Notes under the pieces: generated by a model
Database searches by the model: none
What the model was told of the DNA's origin: nothing
What the model saw: the letters and a program-made list of their open reading frames with translations, nothing else
Assembly: GCA_016222825.1 (NCBI GenBank)
Contig: JACRQF010000014.1
Coordinates: 419,300 to 483,299, forward strand
Length of the DNA stretch: 64,000 bases
DNA from: Verrucomicrobiota bacterium
GTDB lineage: Bacteria; Verrucomicrobiota; Verrucomicrobiia; CAIQCK01
Direction of reading: 5' to 3'
Position numbers and translations under genes: made by a program
Shown: piece by piece, positions 8,315-17,667 of the stretch
Layout: each line of letters begins with the position of its first letter
Numbering within the stretch: position 1 is the first letter of the stretch

Positions 8315-10225
8315 ATGGAAATGAAACGGACAATCGTCACCGTCCTTTTGGCCGCGCTCTCGCTGTCCTCGGGTTTCAACGCCTGTGCTGCCGGCACGCC
8401 GCTGCTCACGCTGCCGGACGCCAAACGCCCGGAATGGCTGCGGCGCGATGGGATTGTGATGGCGGGGAGCTGGGAGCCGCTGTTGTTCCGTGTGCGGCGA
8501 GACGGCGCACCGGACTACACGCCGACAGCGGAACAGCGCGCAGCCTACGAGCGCGAGCACAGCCCGGCGATGGTGGCGAAGCTGAAATCACTCGGCGTGA
8601 ACTTCGTGATGATGCATTGTTTCAAGGGAGGCGGCTTTGAGGCGGAACGAGAGAGCATGGCCGACGCGGTGAAGTTCGCCAAGCTCTGCCGTGACGCCGG
8701 GATGCGTGTGGGCGTCTATAGCGACAGCAGCACGTTGATGTGGGACCTGTTCTTCAAGGAAGTGCCGCAGGCCAAAGACTGGATCGTGCTCGACCCGGGC
8801 GGCCAACCGATCACGTATGGGAAAGCCGCCTATCGCTACTGGCGCGACCGGAACCATCCCGACGCGCTGGCTTACTTCCGGAAAGTCATGCGCTTCGCCG
8901 TCGAGGAGATCAAAACCGACTTGATTCACCTCGACAACTACATCGTCGGCCCCGGCTACGACGAGAACTCCGCGGCACGCTTCCGCCAATACCTGCGCAA
9001 GACGTTCCCGGCGTCGCTGCTCAAGGAGCACGGCATCGCCGACCCGCGCGCGGTGCGCCCGCCGGCGCCGACGGACACCAGCCTGCTTGCGCGAGCATGG
9101 GCGGACTTCAGCTTCCAGTCCATCGTGGACGCGTATTTCGAGATGGGGCGCTACGCGCGTTCGCTGCGTCCCGATATCCTGATGGAATGCAACCCGTCCG
9201 GGGTCACGCCGACGTTCCGATGGCCGGTGGATCACGGCCGGCTGCTGCGCGGGGGCGAGGCGTTCTGGGACGAGGGCCGCCATCCCGGTTTCGTGAAGGG
9301 CACACTCGCCACGCGCATCCGCACTTTCAAGGCGGCGAGGCTCATGAACAACAGCGCGTTCGTCTATGTCATCAACCCGCTGGAGGCTGCGGAATCCATG
9401 GCCTTCAACTTGGATTGCCTTGGCGCCATCTGTTGGTTTGAATACGGCGAGATCGCCCAGAAGCCGGGCATCCAGAAGCCGATGTCGCCCGCCCTGGCGC
9501 CCTACGTGAAATTTTTTCACGAGCGCCGCGACCTGTTGCGCGACGCACAGGTCGTTGCGGACGTGGCCGTGCTGCGGAGTTTCCCGTCCATCAAGTTCGG
9601 GCCGCCGGAGACGGCAAAACTCACCGGCGAAGTCGAAGACCTGCTCATCGCCAACCGTTGCGCGTTCCAGTTGGTGTTCGATACACAACTGGACGAACTC
9701 TCCCGCTGGCCCGCGCTCGTGATGGCTGGCTGCGTCGCGCTTTCGGATGCGCAGGTGAAAGCGATCCGCCGCTATGTCGCGAGAGGCGGCCGCCTTTGCG
9801 TCGTCGGCCCGCTGGCGACGCACAACGAATGGATGTTGCCGCGCAAGAAACCCGCGCTTGATGACTTGCCACCGGATCGCGTCGTCCGCGTGGGCGAGAA
9901 GGGCGACTGGCTCGATGCCATCCGCCGCGCCTGTGGCGGCCAACTCTCGCTCTCGGTCACGACCGACTCACCCGGCCTCTGCGCCGAACTCACCGAGCAG
10001 CCGAATCGCCGGATGGTGCATCTGGTGAACTACCGCACCGACAACCCGATGAAGGACACCACTGTCCGCGTCGCCCTGCCGAAAGGCCGCGCCGCCAAGT
10101 CCGTCACCCTCGCGAGCCCGGATCGCGCCAACGACATCACCTTGCCGTTCAAGGAAGAAGCTGGCTTCGTGACGTTTGCCGTGCCCGCTGTCGGGGTTTA
10201 TGAAATCGCAGTCGTGACATTCTAA
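8315..10225 (+). CDS. Secreted putative glycoside hydrolase, tandem paralog 2 (~85% aa identity to 6388..8289)
   Basis: MEMKRTIVTVLLAALSLSSG signal peptide, GGAG RBS. Collinear with paralog 1 along its whole length. Confidence 0.45.
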   Translation: MEMKRTIVTVLLAALSLSSGFNACAAGTPLLTLPDAKRPEWLRRDGIVMAGSWEPLLFRVRRDGAPDYTPTAEQRAAYEREHSPAMVAKLKSLGVNFVMMHCFKGGGFEAERESMADAVKFAKLCRDAGMRVGVYSDSSTLMWDLFFKEVPQAKDWIVLDPGGQPITYGKAAYRYWRDRNHPDALAYFRKVMRFAVEEIKTDLIHLDNYIVGPGYDENSAARFRQYLRKTFPASLLKEHGIADPRAVRPPAPTDTSLLARAWADFSFQSIVDAYFEMGRYARSLRPDILMECNPSGVTPTFRWPVDHGRLLRGGEAFWDEGRHPGFVKGTLATRIRTFKAARLMNNSAFVYVINPLEAAESMAFNLDCLGAICWFEYGEIAQKPGIQKPMSPALAPYVKFFHERRDLLRDAQVVADVAVLRSFPSIKFGPPETAKLTGEVEDLLIANRCAFQLVFDTQLDELSRWPALVMAGCVALSDAQVKAIRRYVARGGRLCVVGPLATHNEWMLPRKKPALDDLPPDRVVRVGEKGDWLDAIRRACGGQLSLSVTTDSPGLCAELTEQPNRRMVHLVNYRTDNPMKDTTVRVALPKGRAAKSVTLASPDRANDITLPFKEEAGFVTFAVPAVGVYEIAVVTF

Positions 10226-10227
10226 AG

Positions 10228-13200
10228 ATGACCTCCAACAAGCTCGTCTTGTCCCTCGTTTCGAGCGTCCTCTTCGCTTGCACCGCCGTGCCCGCGGCCG
10301 ATGCGAAAGCCGTTGCGAAACTCGGTGTTGTGAAGCCCCTCCGCCAAACCACAGCGCTGATCAGCAATGAGCGCGCGCCGGTGATTATTGCGCCCGCGAG
10401 CGGCGCAGGCCGGATGGCGGCCGAGACTCTTCGCAGCGCACTCGCGAAACGGCTGGGTGTGGAGTCGTCCTTAATAAGCAAACTCGCCGACGCCAAGCCG
10501 GGCCAGCAGACAGCCATCGCACTCGGCAACATGCTCGATAACGAACTGCTCACGCGCCTGTATTGGAGCCGCTACACCTACGAGGACGGGCAGTTTCCCA
10601 GCCCGGACGGTTACACGGTGCATACAGTCTTCGATCCACATCACTGGGGCGGCGGACAAGACGTGATTGTGCTTGGCGCGAGCCGGCCGGAACAACTCGG
10701 CAGAGCGGTCGAGCGTTTCCTCGGTTTGTTGCAGGGTGAAGGGTCGTCCACGGTCCTGCCTCATACTGTAATCGTTGAGCCGGCGAAGAAACTGACGACT
10801 GCCGCGCGCCGCAGCTTGGCAAAGCCGGTGGATCCGTCGTTCACGGCGTTCCGCATCAACGCCGAGCAATACCTCAAGACCGGCGACGAGACCCACGCGC
10901 GGCTGGCCATTGCGGCGCTCGACATCATGGTCGAAACCTACTGCAAGAATCCCAAGCGCCACATGCCCTGGCCGGAGGAGACGTCATCGGGCGAGATTTT
11001 CGCCGCGTGGGACGCGTTCGAGGAATGCCCGCTGATTACGCCGGAGAAACGGCGCGATTATCTGGAGGCGTTCCTCGCCTGGAGCCGCGACCTCACACAC
11101 TGCTCCTACGAGTATCGCGCCATTGACGAGAAGTTCACGGTGACGTGGAACCACACGACGTTCGCGCTGCTGGGGTTGTATTTCGCGGGACGCTACTTCG
11201 ACCGGCACTACGATCTCGCCGAGGCGAAGGAATGGCTGCGCAAATCGCGCCTCGGCTTCGCCGCGCAGGCGCGCTCATGGAAGCCGCAGGAGGACGCCGA
11301 CAGCTACATCGTGCACACGATGGAGCACGTCATCCAGTTCTCGCTGGCGGATTGGGACATGCGCTTCTTCGAGAACGGGGTGATGAAACGCTACGCCGAC
11401 TATGTGGTGGGTTGTGGCGACACGCGGCAGTTGCCGGCGGGTTTCGGCGACAGCGGTTACGGAATGGCGCCCACGATGGCGAAGGTGGCGCTGCCCGTGG
11501 CGTATTGGTGGACGCGCGACGGCGGCTATCGCTGGCTCCTCGAACACATGCACGGCGGCGGCTGGGAAAACGCCTACTGGACTGACACCGAGCCGCGCGC
11601 GCCGGAGCGGTTCGTCGGGCTGAACGTGTTCCCGATGGACCGCCAGATTTACGACGACACGCAGCGGCGGCCGACCTACAACGAGGCGTTCGAGCGGGCC
11701 GACGTGCCGTTCGAGGAGGCGTGGGACAAGATCAGCTTTCGCGAAAACTGGGAGCCGGACGGCCAGTATCTGCTCCTCGACGGCTTGGGCCGCGGCAAAC
11801 ACCTGCACTTCGACACGGGCAGCATCGCGACGTTCGTGCAGGACGGCGAGCGCTGGCTGATAGATCACGATTACCTCGTGCGCAACACGACCGAGCACTC
11901 GATGCTCTCCGTCCTGCGCGACGGCCGCTGCACGAAGCTCGTGCCGAGCCTCGCAGGGCTGGCTGCGAGCGGCGATCTGCCCGGCATGGCCGCCACGCGC
12001 ACGTATGTGAAAAGCTACAACAGCGTGGATTGGGATCGTCGCGTCCTGTGGAGCAAGGGCGCGTGGTTTCTGGTGCAGGACACAATCACCGCGCGCGAGG
12101 ACGGCAACTACGATCTCGACCTGACGTGGAAGACGATTGACCGCGGCGATCAGCAGGTGAACGAGCGCGGGCAATTCGCAGCCCGGCGCTCGGGCGCGAA
12201 AGATAGCAGCGACTTGGCGGTGGTGGACGATTCCCAAGCCTCCAACGGCAAGGCCGTGGTCCTGTCATCACCTGCAGCGCGGTTGATCTTCGGCGCCGAG
12301 TTGCCGCAAGGCGAATATCAAGTGAGCGTCATCGGTTACGGCATGGGCACCAGCAGCGATTCATTGTTCGTGAGCCTGGACGGAGGCACTCCGATGACCG
12401 TTGGCGTGCCAGTTGAACGATATGCGTCTTCGGTTTCCGCGCGCATAATGCGTTGCCGTGTGACTTCCGATGGTCCCCACACGGTGGAGATCAAGCTGCG
12501 CGAAGCACCGCCAGTGCGGATTGACCGGATTGAGTTTCGGCGCGATGGCGCGCCTGCGATAGTGATTGAAGCCGAACAAGCTCCGTCGGCCCGGCCGAAG
12601 TCAGCCTCGAAGCCCGTGGTCAGCGCACTGCACATTGATCCCGCGCTGCCGGTGCGCGCGTGGGTGACCGATCATGTGCGGCAGGGCATCTCCGTGCCGG
12701 TGTCCGTCCTGCACCAGCGTCAGTCGGCCCGGCTGAAAGCCGGCGAGAACGCGACGTTTTGCTCGTTGGTCTATGCGACGGGGCCAAAGCATCCGAGCGA
12801 GTTCAATACCGAGATGTTGCGGCCGACGGCCCACCGCGTGAAAGACGTGGTGGCAGGTTTCGGCCCTGATCAGGCCGGCCGGTGGGAGTGCGACGCGGAT
12901 GCATGGTTGGTCAAAGGCGGGACGATCAGCCTCATCGCGGCGCGCAGCGTCAGTCTTGGAGAAACCAGGCTCGCGTTCGAGCCTGCCGCAAACATGAGTA
13001 TTGATGCGAGCGGCGGGAAGATGACGTTGATCGCTAGCAGGCCCACTTGCGTAACCGCGCGCGGAGGCGCGACAGCGAACGGACAACAGCGGCTGGAACT
13101 GCCGGCTGGCACGCACACGGTGACAGTGAACGGACTGGATGTTGCCGCCATTCGTGACGCGGACAATCCTGTCCGCGCTGACGTGCGGCGAGGGAAGAGC

Positions 13201-14310
13201 GCAGACAAGAGTGTCCGCGTCACTGCGGCGAAGCCGCTGTGGAGCGTTGAACTTGCGAAGAACTCGCCCGTGTTCCGCATCACCCCCGCCGACCTAGACG
13301 GCGACAGCCAGCCGGAGTTGCTCGTCGCTTGCGGCAGCGCCGGCCATGCTGTCAGCGGCAGCGGCAAGCTTCTTTGGTCGCATTCCACGGGTGGCGTCGT
13401 TCGCGATGTCTCGCTGGCCCGGTTCGGCAAGAACGGGCCGCCCACGGCCCTCGTATCGAGCGCCGACACCTATCTTCATCAACTCGACCCCACCGGCCAC
13501 TTGAAGCGCAAGGACCGGATGATCGGCATTTACTTCAATCAGGACCACGGCGACCGGCCGTGGGGACTCTACTGCACGCGTGGCGTGGACCAAGACGGCG
13601 ACGGCGCGGACGACATGCTGGTGACAACGCTCGCGAGCATGGAGGCCCAAGGACTGTCTCCGGACGCGAAGAAGCTCTGGCGCACGCTGTCAGCGTATCA
13701 CGGCTGCATGGAGATGGCCGTCGAGGACTTGGACCGCGACGGCAAGCCCGAGATCGTGATTGCCAACAAGTATGGCGCAGTGTTCGTCTTGCGACCAGAC
13801 GGCAGCCGGTTGATGGCTTCCAACACTTCCATCGGCGACGTGACATTCGGCCTTGGCGACCTCAACGGCGACGGCAAGAAGGAGATCGTTCACGGTTCCT
13901 CCACCGGCGACTTGATCGCAGTGACTCTCGCAAACAAGACCCTCTGGAGATTCGACAACTACGGTTATCCCGTCGAGCGCATCCGTTGCGCGGACCTCAA
14001 CGGCGACGGCCAGCCGGAAGTGCTCATCGCATCCGGCACGGGTTACCTTTACTGCCTCGACGCCGCCGGCAAGCTGATCTGGCAACGGCGTCTCGGCTTG
14101 GCCGTGCATGACTTGGCCTTGACCGACGGCTTCATCATCGCCGGCACGGAGGACGGTGAAGTCCACGCGCTCGATCACGCCGGGAAACCCAAGTGGTCAC
14201 GATACGTCGGCGCTTCCGTGACGAAGCTGGCTGCAATCCAGATGGCTGACCGCCCGGTCGTTGTCGCCGGCTTGGCCGACGGTCGTCTGGTGGCGTTGCC
14301 GATGAAGTGA
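10228..14310 (+). CDS. 1360-aa secreted multidomain protein: heparinase II/III-like polysaccharide lyase region, a beta-sandwich (CBM-like) middle domain and a C-terminal FG-GAP/VCBS-repeat beta-propeller
   Basis: Hepar_II_III-like motifs (GRGKHLHFDTGSIATF, alpha/alpha-toroid-like N-terminal part). Repeated DLDGDSQPELLV, DQDGDGADDMLV, DLDRDGKPEIVI, DLNGDGKKEIVHG and DLNGDGQPEVLI motifs in the C-terminal third. Signal peptide present. Confidence 0.5.
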   Translation: MTSNKLVLSLVSSVLFACTAVPAADAKAVAKLGVVKPLRQTTALISNERAPVIIAPASGAGRMAAETLRSALAKRLGVESSLISKLADAKPGQQTAIALGNMLDNELLTRLYWSRYTYEDGQFPSPDGYTVHTVFDPHHWGGGQDVIVLGASRPEQLGRAVERFLGLLQGEGSSTVLPHTVIVEPAKKLTTAARRSLAKPVDPSFTAFRINAEQYLKTGDETHARLAIAALDIMVETYCKNPKRHMPWPEETSSGEIFAAWDAFEECPLITPEKRRDYLEAFLAWSRDLTHCSYEYRAIDEKFTVTWNHTTFALLGLYFAGRYFDRHYDLAEAKEWLRKSRLGFAAQARSWKPQEDADSYIVHTMEHVIQFSLADWDMRFFENGVMKRYADYVVGCGDTRQLPAGFGDSGYGMAPTMAKVALPVAYWWTRDGGYRWLLEHMHGGGWENAYWTDTEPRAPERFVGLNVFPMDRQIYDDTQRRPTYNEAFERADVPFEEAWDKISFRENWEPDGQYLLLDGLGRGKHLHFDTGSIATFVQDGERWLIDHDYLVRNTTEHSMLSVLRDGRCTKLVPSLAGLAASGDLPGMAATRTYVKSYNSVDWDRRVLWSKGAWFLVQDTITAREDGNYDLDLTWKTIDRGDQQVNERGQFAARRSGAKDSSDLAVVDDSQASNGKAVVLSSPAARLIFGAELPQGEYQVSVIGYGMGTSSDSLFVSLDGGTPMTVGVPVERYASSVSARIMRCRVTSDGPHTVEIKLREAPPVRIDRIEFRRDGAPAIVIEAEQAPSARPKSASKPVVSALHIDPALPVRAWVTDHVRQGISVPVSVLHQRQSARLKAGENATFCSLVYATGPKHPSEFNTEMLRPTAHRVKDVVAGFGPDQAGRWECDADAWLVKGGTISLIAARSVSLGETRLAFEPAANMSIDASGGKMTLIASRPTCVTARGGATANGQQRLELPAGTHTVTVNGLDVAAIRDADNPVRADVRRGKSADKSVRVTAAKPLWSVELAKNSPVFRITPADLDGDSQPELLVACGSAGHAVSGSGKLLWSHSTGGVVRDVSLARFGKNGPPTALVSSADTYLHQLDPTGHLKRKDRMIGIYFNQDHGDRPWGLYCTRGVDQDGDGADDMLVTTLASMEAQGLSPDAKKLWRTLSAYHGCMEMAVEDLDRDGKPEIVIANKYGAVFVLRPDGSRLMASNTSIGDVTFGLGDLNGDGKKEIVHGSSTGDLIAVTLANKTLWRFDNYGYPVERIRCADLNGDGQPEVLIASGTGYLYCLDAAGKLIWQRRLGLAVHDLALTDGFIIAGTEDGEVHALDHAGKPKWSRYVGASVTKLAAIQMADRPVVVAGLADGRLVALPMK

Positions 14311-14387
14311 TCTGCGCGTCCAAGCTCAGGCTTGCTTGTTTGTCGGAACGGTGTAGAACTCTGACAACACAAAGGAACACTCGAACC

Positions 14388-15077
14388 ATGAACAAACATT
14401 CCACCCTCATCCTCGCTACCGCACTCTGCCTTGCTTCGACCATCGCTTTAGCCTCGGAAAAAGGCTTCGTGCCGATCTTCAACGGCAAGAACCTCGACGG
14501 CTGGCAGGGCATCGGCGGCGACACCAGCAGCTATTACGTCGAGGACGGCCAGCTTATCTGCAAGGAAACCGGCAAAGTCCACATCTTCACGACGAAGGAG
14601 TTCGCTAATTTTATCCTGCGGCTGGAGATCAAGATGGACCCGGGCGGCAATAACGGCGTTGGCATCCGCACCAAGGTCAGCAAACAGCCGCACATCGAGG
14701 GCACGGAGGTGCAGGTGCTCGACGATCCCTTTTACGTCCGCGGCATCCCACGCGAAGGCAAAGACCCGAAGGAATGGCCGAAGCTGAAGGACTACCAGCA
14801 CCACGGCTCGCTCTACGGCGTCGTCCCGGCCAAGCCCGGCCATCTCAAGCCCGCCGGCCAGTGGAACCAGGAGGAGATCGTCTGCGACGGCCGCCGCGTG
14901 AAGGTTACGCTCAACGGCACGGTGATCGTGGACGCCGATCTCGACAAGGTGAAGCCGATTGACGGTCACGAGCATCCCGGCATGTTCTACACGAAAGGCT
15001 TCATTGGCCTCCACGCCCACGGCGGCTACGGCGCGAAGGTTTATTTCCGAAACCTGCGCGTCAAGGAACTGAAGTAG
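14388..15077 (+). CDS. DUF1080 family protein (LamG-like jelly-roll, 3-keto-disaccharide hydrolase family)
   Basis: MNKHSTLILATALCLASTIALA signal, then GFVPIFNGKNLDGWQ...FIGLHAHGGYGAKVYFRNLRVKEL, characteristic of DUF1080. ATG 14388 with an AAAGGAA RBS. The track ORF starts further upstream at 14307. Confidence 0.7.
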   Translation: MNKHSTLILATALCLASTIALASEKGFVPIFNGKNLDGWQGIGGDTSSYYVEDGQLICKETGKVHIFTTKEFANFILRLEIKMDPGGNNGVGIRTKVSKQPHIEGTEVQVLDDPFYVRGIPREGKDPKEWPKLKDYQHHGSLYGVVPAKPGHLKPAGQWNQEEIVCDGRRVKVTLNGTVIVDADLDKVKPIDGHEHPGMFYTKGFIGLHAHGGYGAKVYFRNLRVKELK

Positions 15078-15089
15078 CAGCCGCGCCCG

Positions 15090-16091
15090 TTGAACTGGAA
15101 CCTCTGCCGCGTTGCCGTCGTTGCCCTTGTGGCCGTGTCCGCGCTTGGCATTGAGCGCGTCCAACAGCGGCCTGAGTGGCAGCGGGGCCGCGCCGCCCTC
15201 GACAAACGCTTCGTTCGCGACGAGTTCCGCATCCACTACACGCTGGCGGGCAAGGACGCGCTGACGGTCGAAGATCAGCGCGACACGGATGGCGACGGTG
15301 TCCCGGACAAGATTCAGAACCTCGCGCTCCAACTTGTGACGGCGCGGCGGTGCTACGTCGAGGTGCTTGAGCTGCGGCATCCTTTCGACAGTCCGCGCTA
15401 CAAGGGCCGCGTGAAGTTCGTGGACGTGAATGTCTGGGCGTTGCCCAACAGCAACGGCATGGCCGGCGACGCCATCGTGAACTACCATCGCGACAATGAT
15501 CCGCCCGAAGGCGTCGAGGTGCTGACAATAGACCTTTCCTCCAAGCTGACGGCCCGCAACCTCAGTCCCGCCCACGAACTCTTCCATGTCTTCCAAAACG
15601 GCTACACGCTGTTCAAGACGCCGTGGTATTACGAGGGCGTCGCGCGGTGGTCGGAGGACCTGCTGCGCGCGGGCGCAGGCGAGGCAGGCGAGTTGCCTGC
15701 GAGCGTAGCCGACTTGGAAAAACTGTTCAGGCTCAGCTACGGCGCGAGCCGGTTCTGGCAGGCACTGGCCCGCGCCACCGACACAACGGGTAAGGTTCGC
15801 ATGCCCGAGAACCTGCGCGGCGTCCAGTATATCGGCTCGGACAAGCCGATCATTGAAGACGATGTGTTTTACGGCGCCCGGTTTCTCAAAGCGTTGTTCG
15901 AAGAGCTTGATCGCCAGGACGACGTGGCTTCGCGCGAGGGCAAGCTGAATCCCCTGGACTGGCCGGAGGCGCGGCAGAGAGCTGCGGAGAACAACCGTTA
16001 CATCTGGAACGCCGTCGTTGCCGCGTGTCGGCGGTTCCCATCCGACTCGCCGCAGATGCGGAAGATGCTGGAGTTGGCTGTCAGTCGTTGA
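15090..16091 (+). CDS. Hypothetical secreted protein with a HExxH (HELFH) motif and a DTDGDGVPD calcium-binding-like motif. Possible zincin-like metallopeptidase
   Basis: 333-aa ORF. The TTG start at 15090 is uncertain. No family recognised beyond the motifs. Confidence 0.35.
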   Translation: MNWNLCRVAVVALVAVSALGIERVQQRPEWQRGRAALDKRFVRDEFRIHYTLAGKDALTVEDQRDTDGDGVPDKIQNLALQLVTARRCYVEVLELRHPFDSPRYKGRVKFVDVNVWALPNSNGMAGDAIVNYHRDNDPPEGVEVLTIDLSSKLTARNLSPAHELFHVFQNGYTLFKTPWYYEGVARWSEDLLRAGAGEAGELPASVADLEKLFRLSYGASRFWQALARATDTTGKVRMPENLRGVQYIGSDKPIIEDDVFYGARFLKALFEELDRQDDVASREGKLNPLDWPEARQRAAENNRYIWNAVVAACRRFPSDSPQMRKMLELAVSR

Positions 16092-16162
16092 CCGAGAATG
16101 GCTGTTGTGAGACGGCCGCCCCGTGTGCTTTAATCCGGCTGCGGTCGCAAGACAGGAGAATC

Positions 16163-17662
16163 ATGATTCACCTTTGCCGCAGCTTCTTCCTCATCGCCAC
16201 ATGGTTTACATTTGCCGTCGCCGCGATGGCAGCAACGGCTTCGAGCCCCAACATCCTCTTCATCTACACCGACGACCAGAGCTACCGCACGCTCGGCTGT
16301 TATCGCGACCAAGGCGCTTGGCCGTGGGTGCGGACGCCGAACATTGACCGCCTCGCGAGCGACGGCGTGCGGTTCACCAGCGCCTACGGCGCGTCGTGGT
16401 GCACGCCGAGCCGCGCGTGTGTGATGACGGGCTTGTTGCCGCATGGCATTCGCGGGTTGACACTCACGGGCATCATCAAAGGCAGCTATGACCCGCAAGT
16501 CTGCCGCCACTGGCCCACCGAGTTACGCAAGGCGGGCTACCACACCGCGATGATCGGCAAATGGCACCTCAGCCACGACGCCGGCCACGGACGCAACTGG
16601 GACCATTCCGTCGTCTGGGACCAAGCCGACATCAAAGGCGACTGGTATAACAACCAGACGCTCAGCGTGGACGGCGCGCCGAAGGCTATCGTGCCCGGCT
16701 ACTCGACCGACGTTTACACGCGATTCGCCGAGGACTACGTGCGCCGCAAGCACGACCAGCCGTGGATGCTCTGGCTCTGCTACAACGCGTCGCATCTGCC
16801 CAACACAGTCCACCCGCGTCACAAGGAGCAATACAAGGACGCCGACGTGCCCGTGCCGCCGGACGTGTTCCCGCCGCGTCCCGGCAAGCCCGCGCATATG
16901 CAGACGTGGACGCAGTGGACCAAGCGCGAGGACGGGATGCCGGTCTATGGCAAAGCCAAGAACCCACAGCCGTTGCCGGAACTGGTTCGCGGCTACAACC
17001 GGCTCGTCTCCGCGCTCGACGAAGGCGTCGGCAAGCTGCTGAAGGCGCTCGAAGAGACCGGCCAACTCGACAACACGCTCATCGTCTATACTTCCGACCA
17101 AGGGTTCGCGTGGGGCGAGCACGGCTTCGCGTGGAAGGTCGGCGCCTACGACGCCTGCATCAAAGCGCCGATGATCTTCCGCCTGCCCGGACGAGTCGCG
17201 CGCGGCGGCGTCTGCAAACAACCCGTCACGGTTGTGGACCTCGCGCCGACGTTGCTCGGCGTCGCGGGCGTCAAGCTGCCGTGGACGATGCACGGTCGCG
17301 ACCTGCGTCCGCTGTTGAAGAATCCGAACGCCGCGTGGAACCGGCCGGCAATGATGGAGCACTTCTACCTGAAGTTCGGCGAGCAGACCGACTGCGCCGT
17401 CCCGGCGAAGGGCGACCAAGGCCCGTTGCCGTGGTGGATTTCGCTGCGACATGGAAAATACAAATACATCCGCACACTCCTGCCCGACGAGATTGAGGAA
17501 CTCTACGACCTCGAAGCCGACCCGCAGGAGATGACGAACCTCGCCCTCGCGCCGGAGAACCGGAAGCTGCTCGCAGACTTCCGTGCGAAATTTGTGGCTG
17601 AGTTAAAGCGAACCAACGCCGGCTTGTTGAAGAATCTCCCGCCGCCTCGGAGCGCAAACTGA
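16163..17662 (+). CDS. Sulfatase (arylsulfatase/alkaline-phosphatase superfamily, formylglycine-dependent)
   Basis: Signal peptide, PNILFIYTDDQS, and the formylglycine motif CTPSR. ATG 16163 with a CAGGAGAA RBS (the track ORF starts at 16025). Confidence 0.8.
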   Translation: MIHLCRSFFLIATWFTFAVAAMAATASSPNILFIYTDDQSYRTLGCYRDQGAWPWVRTPNIDRLASDGVRFTSAYGASWCTPSRACVMTGLLPHGIRGLTLTGIIKGSYDPQVCRHWPTELRKAGYHTAMIGKWHLSHDAGHGRNWDHSVVWDQADIKGDWYNNQTLSVDGAPKAIVPGYSTDVYTRFAEDYVRRKHDQPWMLWLCYNASHLPNTVHPRHKEQYKDADVPVPPDVFPPRPGKPAHMQTWTQWTKREDGMPVYGKAKNPQPLPELVRGYNRLVSALDEGVGKLLKALEETGQLDNTLIVYTSDQGFAWGEHGFAWKVGAYDACIKAPMIFRLPGRVARGGVCKQPVTVVDLAPTLLGVAGVKLPWTMHGRDLRPLLKNPNAAWNRPAMMEHFYLKFGEQTDCAVPAKGDQGPLPWWISLRHGKYKYIRTLLPDEIEELYDLEADPQEMTNLALAPENRKLLADFRAKFVAELKRTNAGLLKNLPPPRSAN

Positions 17663-17667
17663 ATCCG

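Noticed and set aside
6412-9943. Antisense ORFs 6412..8007 (-) and 8588..9943 (-) opposite the tandem GH-like genes
   Set aside because: Mirror-image shadow ORFs of the duplicated genes with no recognisable domains. The sense frames carry signal peptides and conserved motifs.
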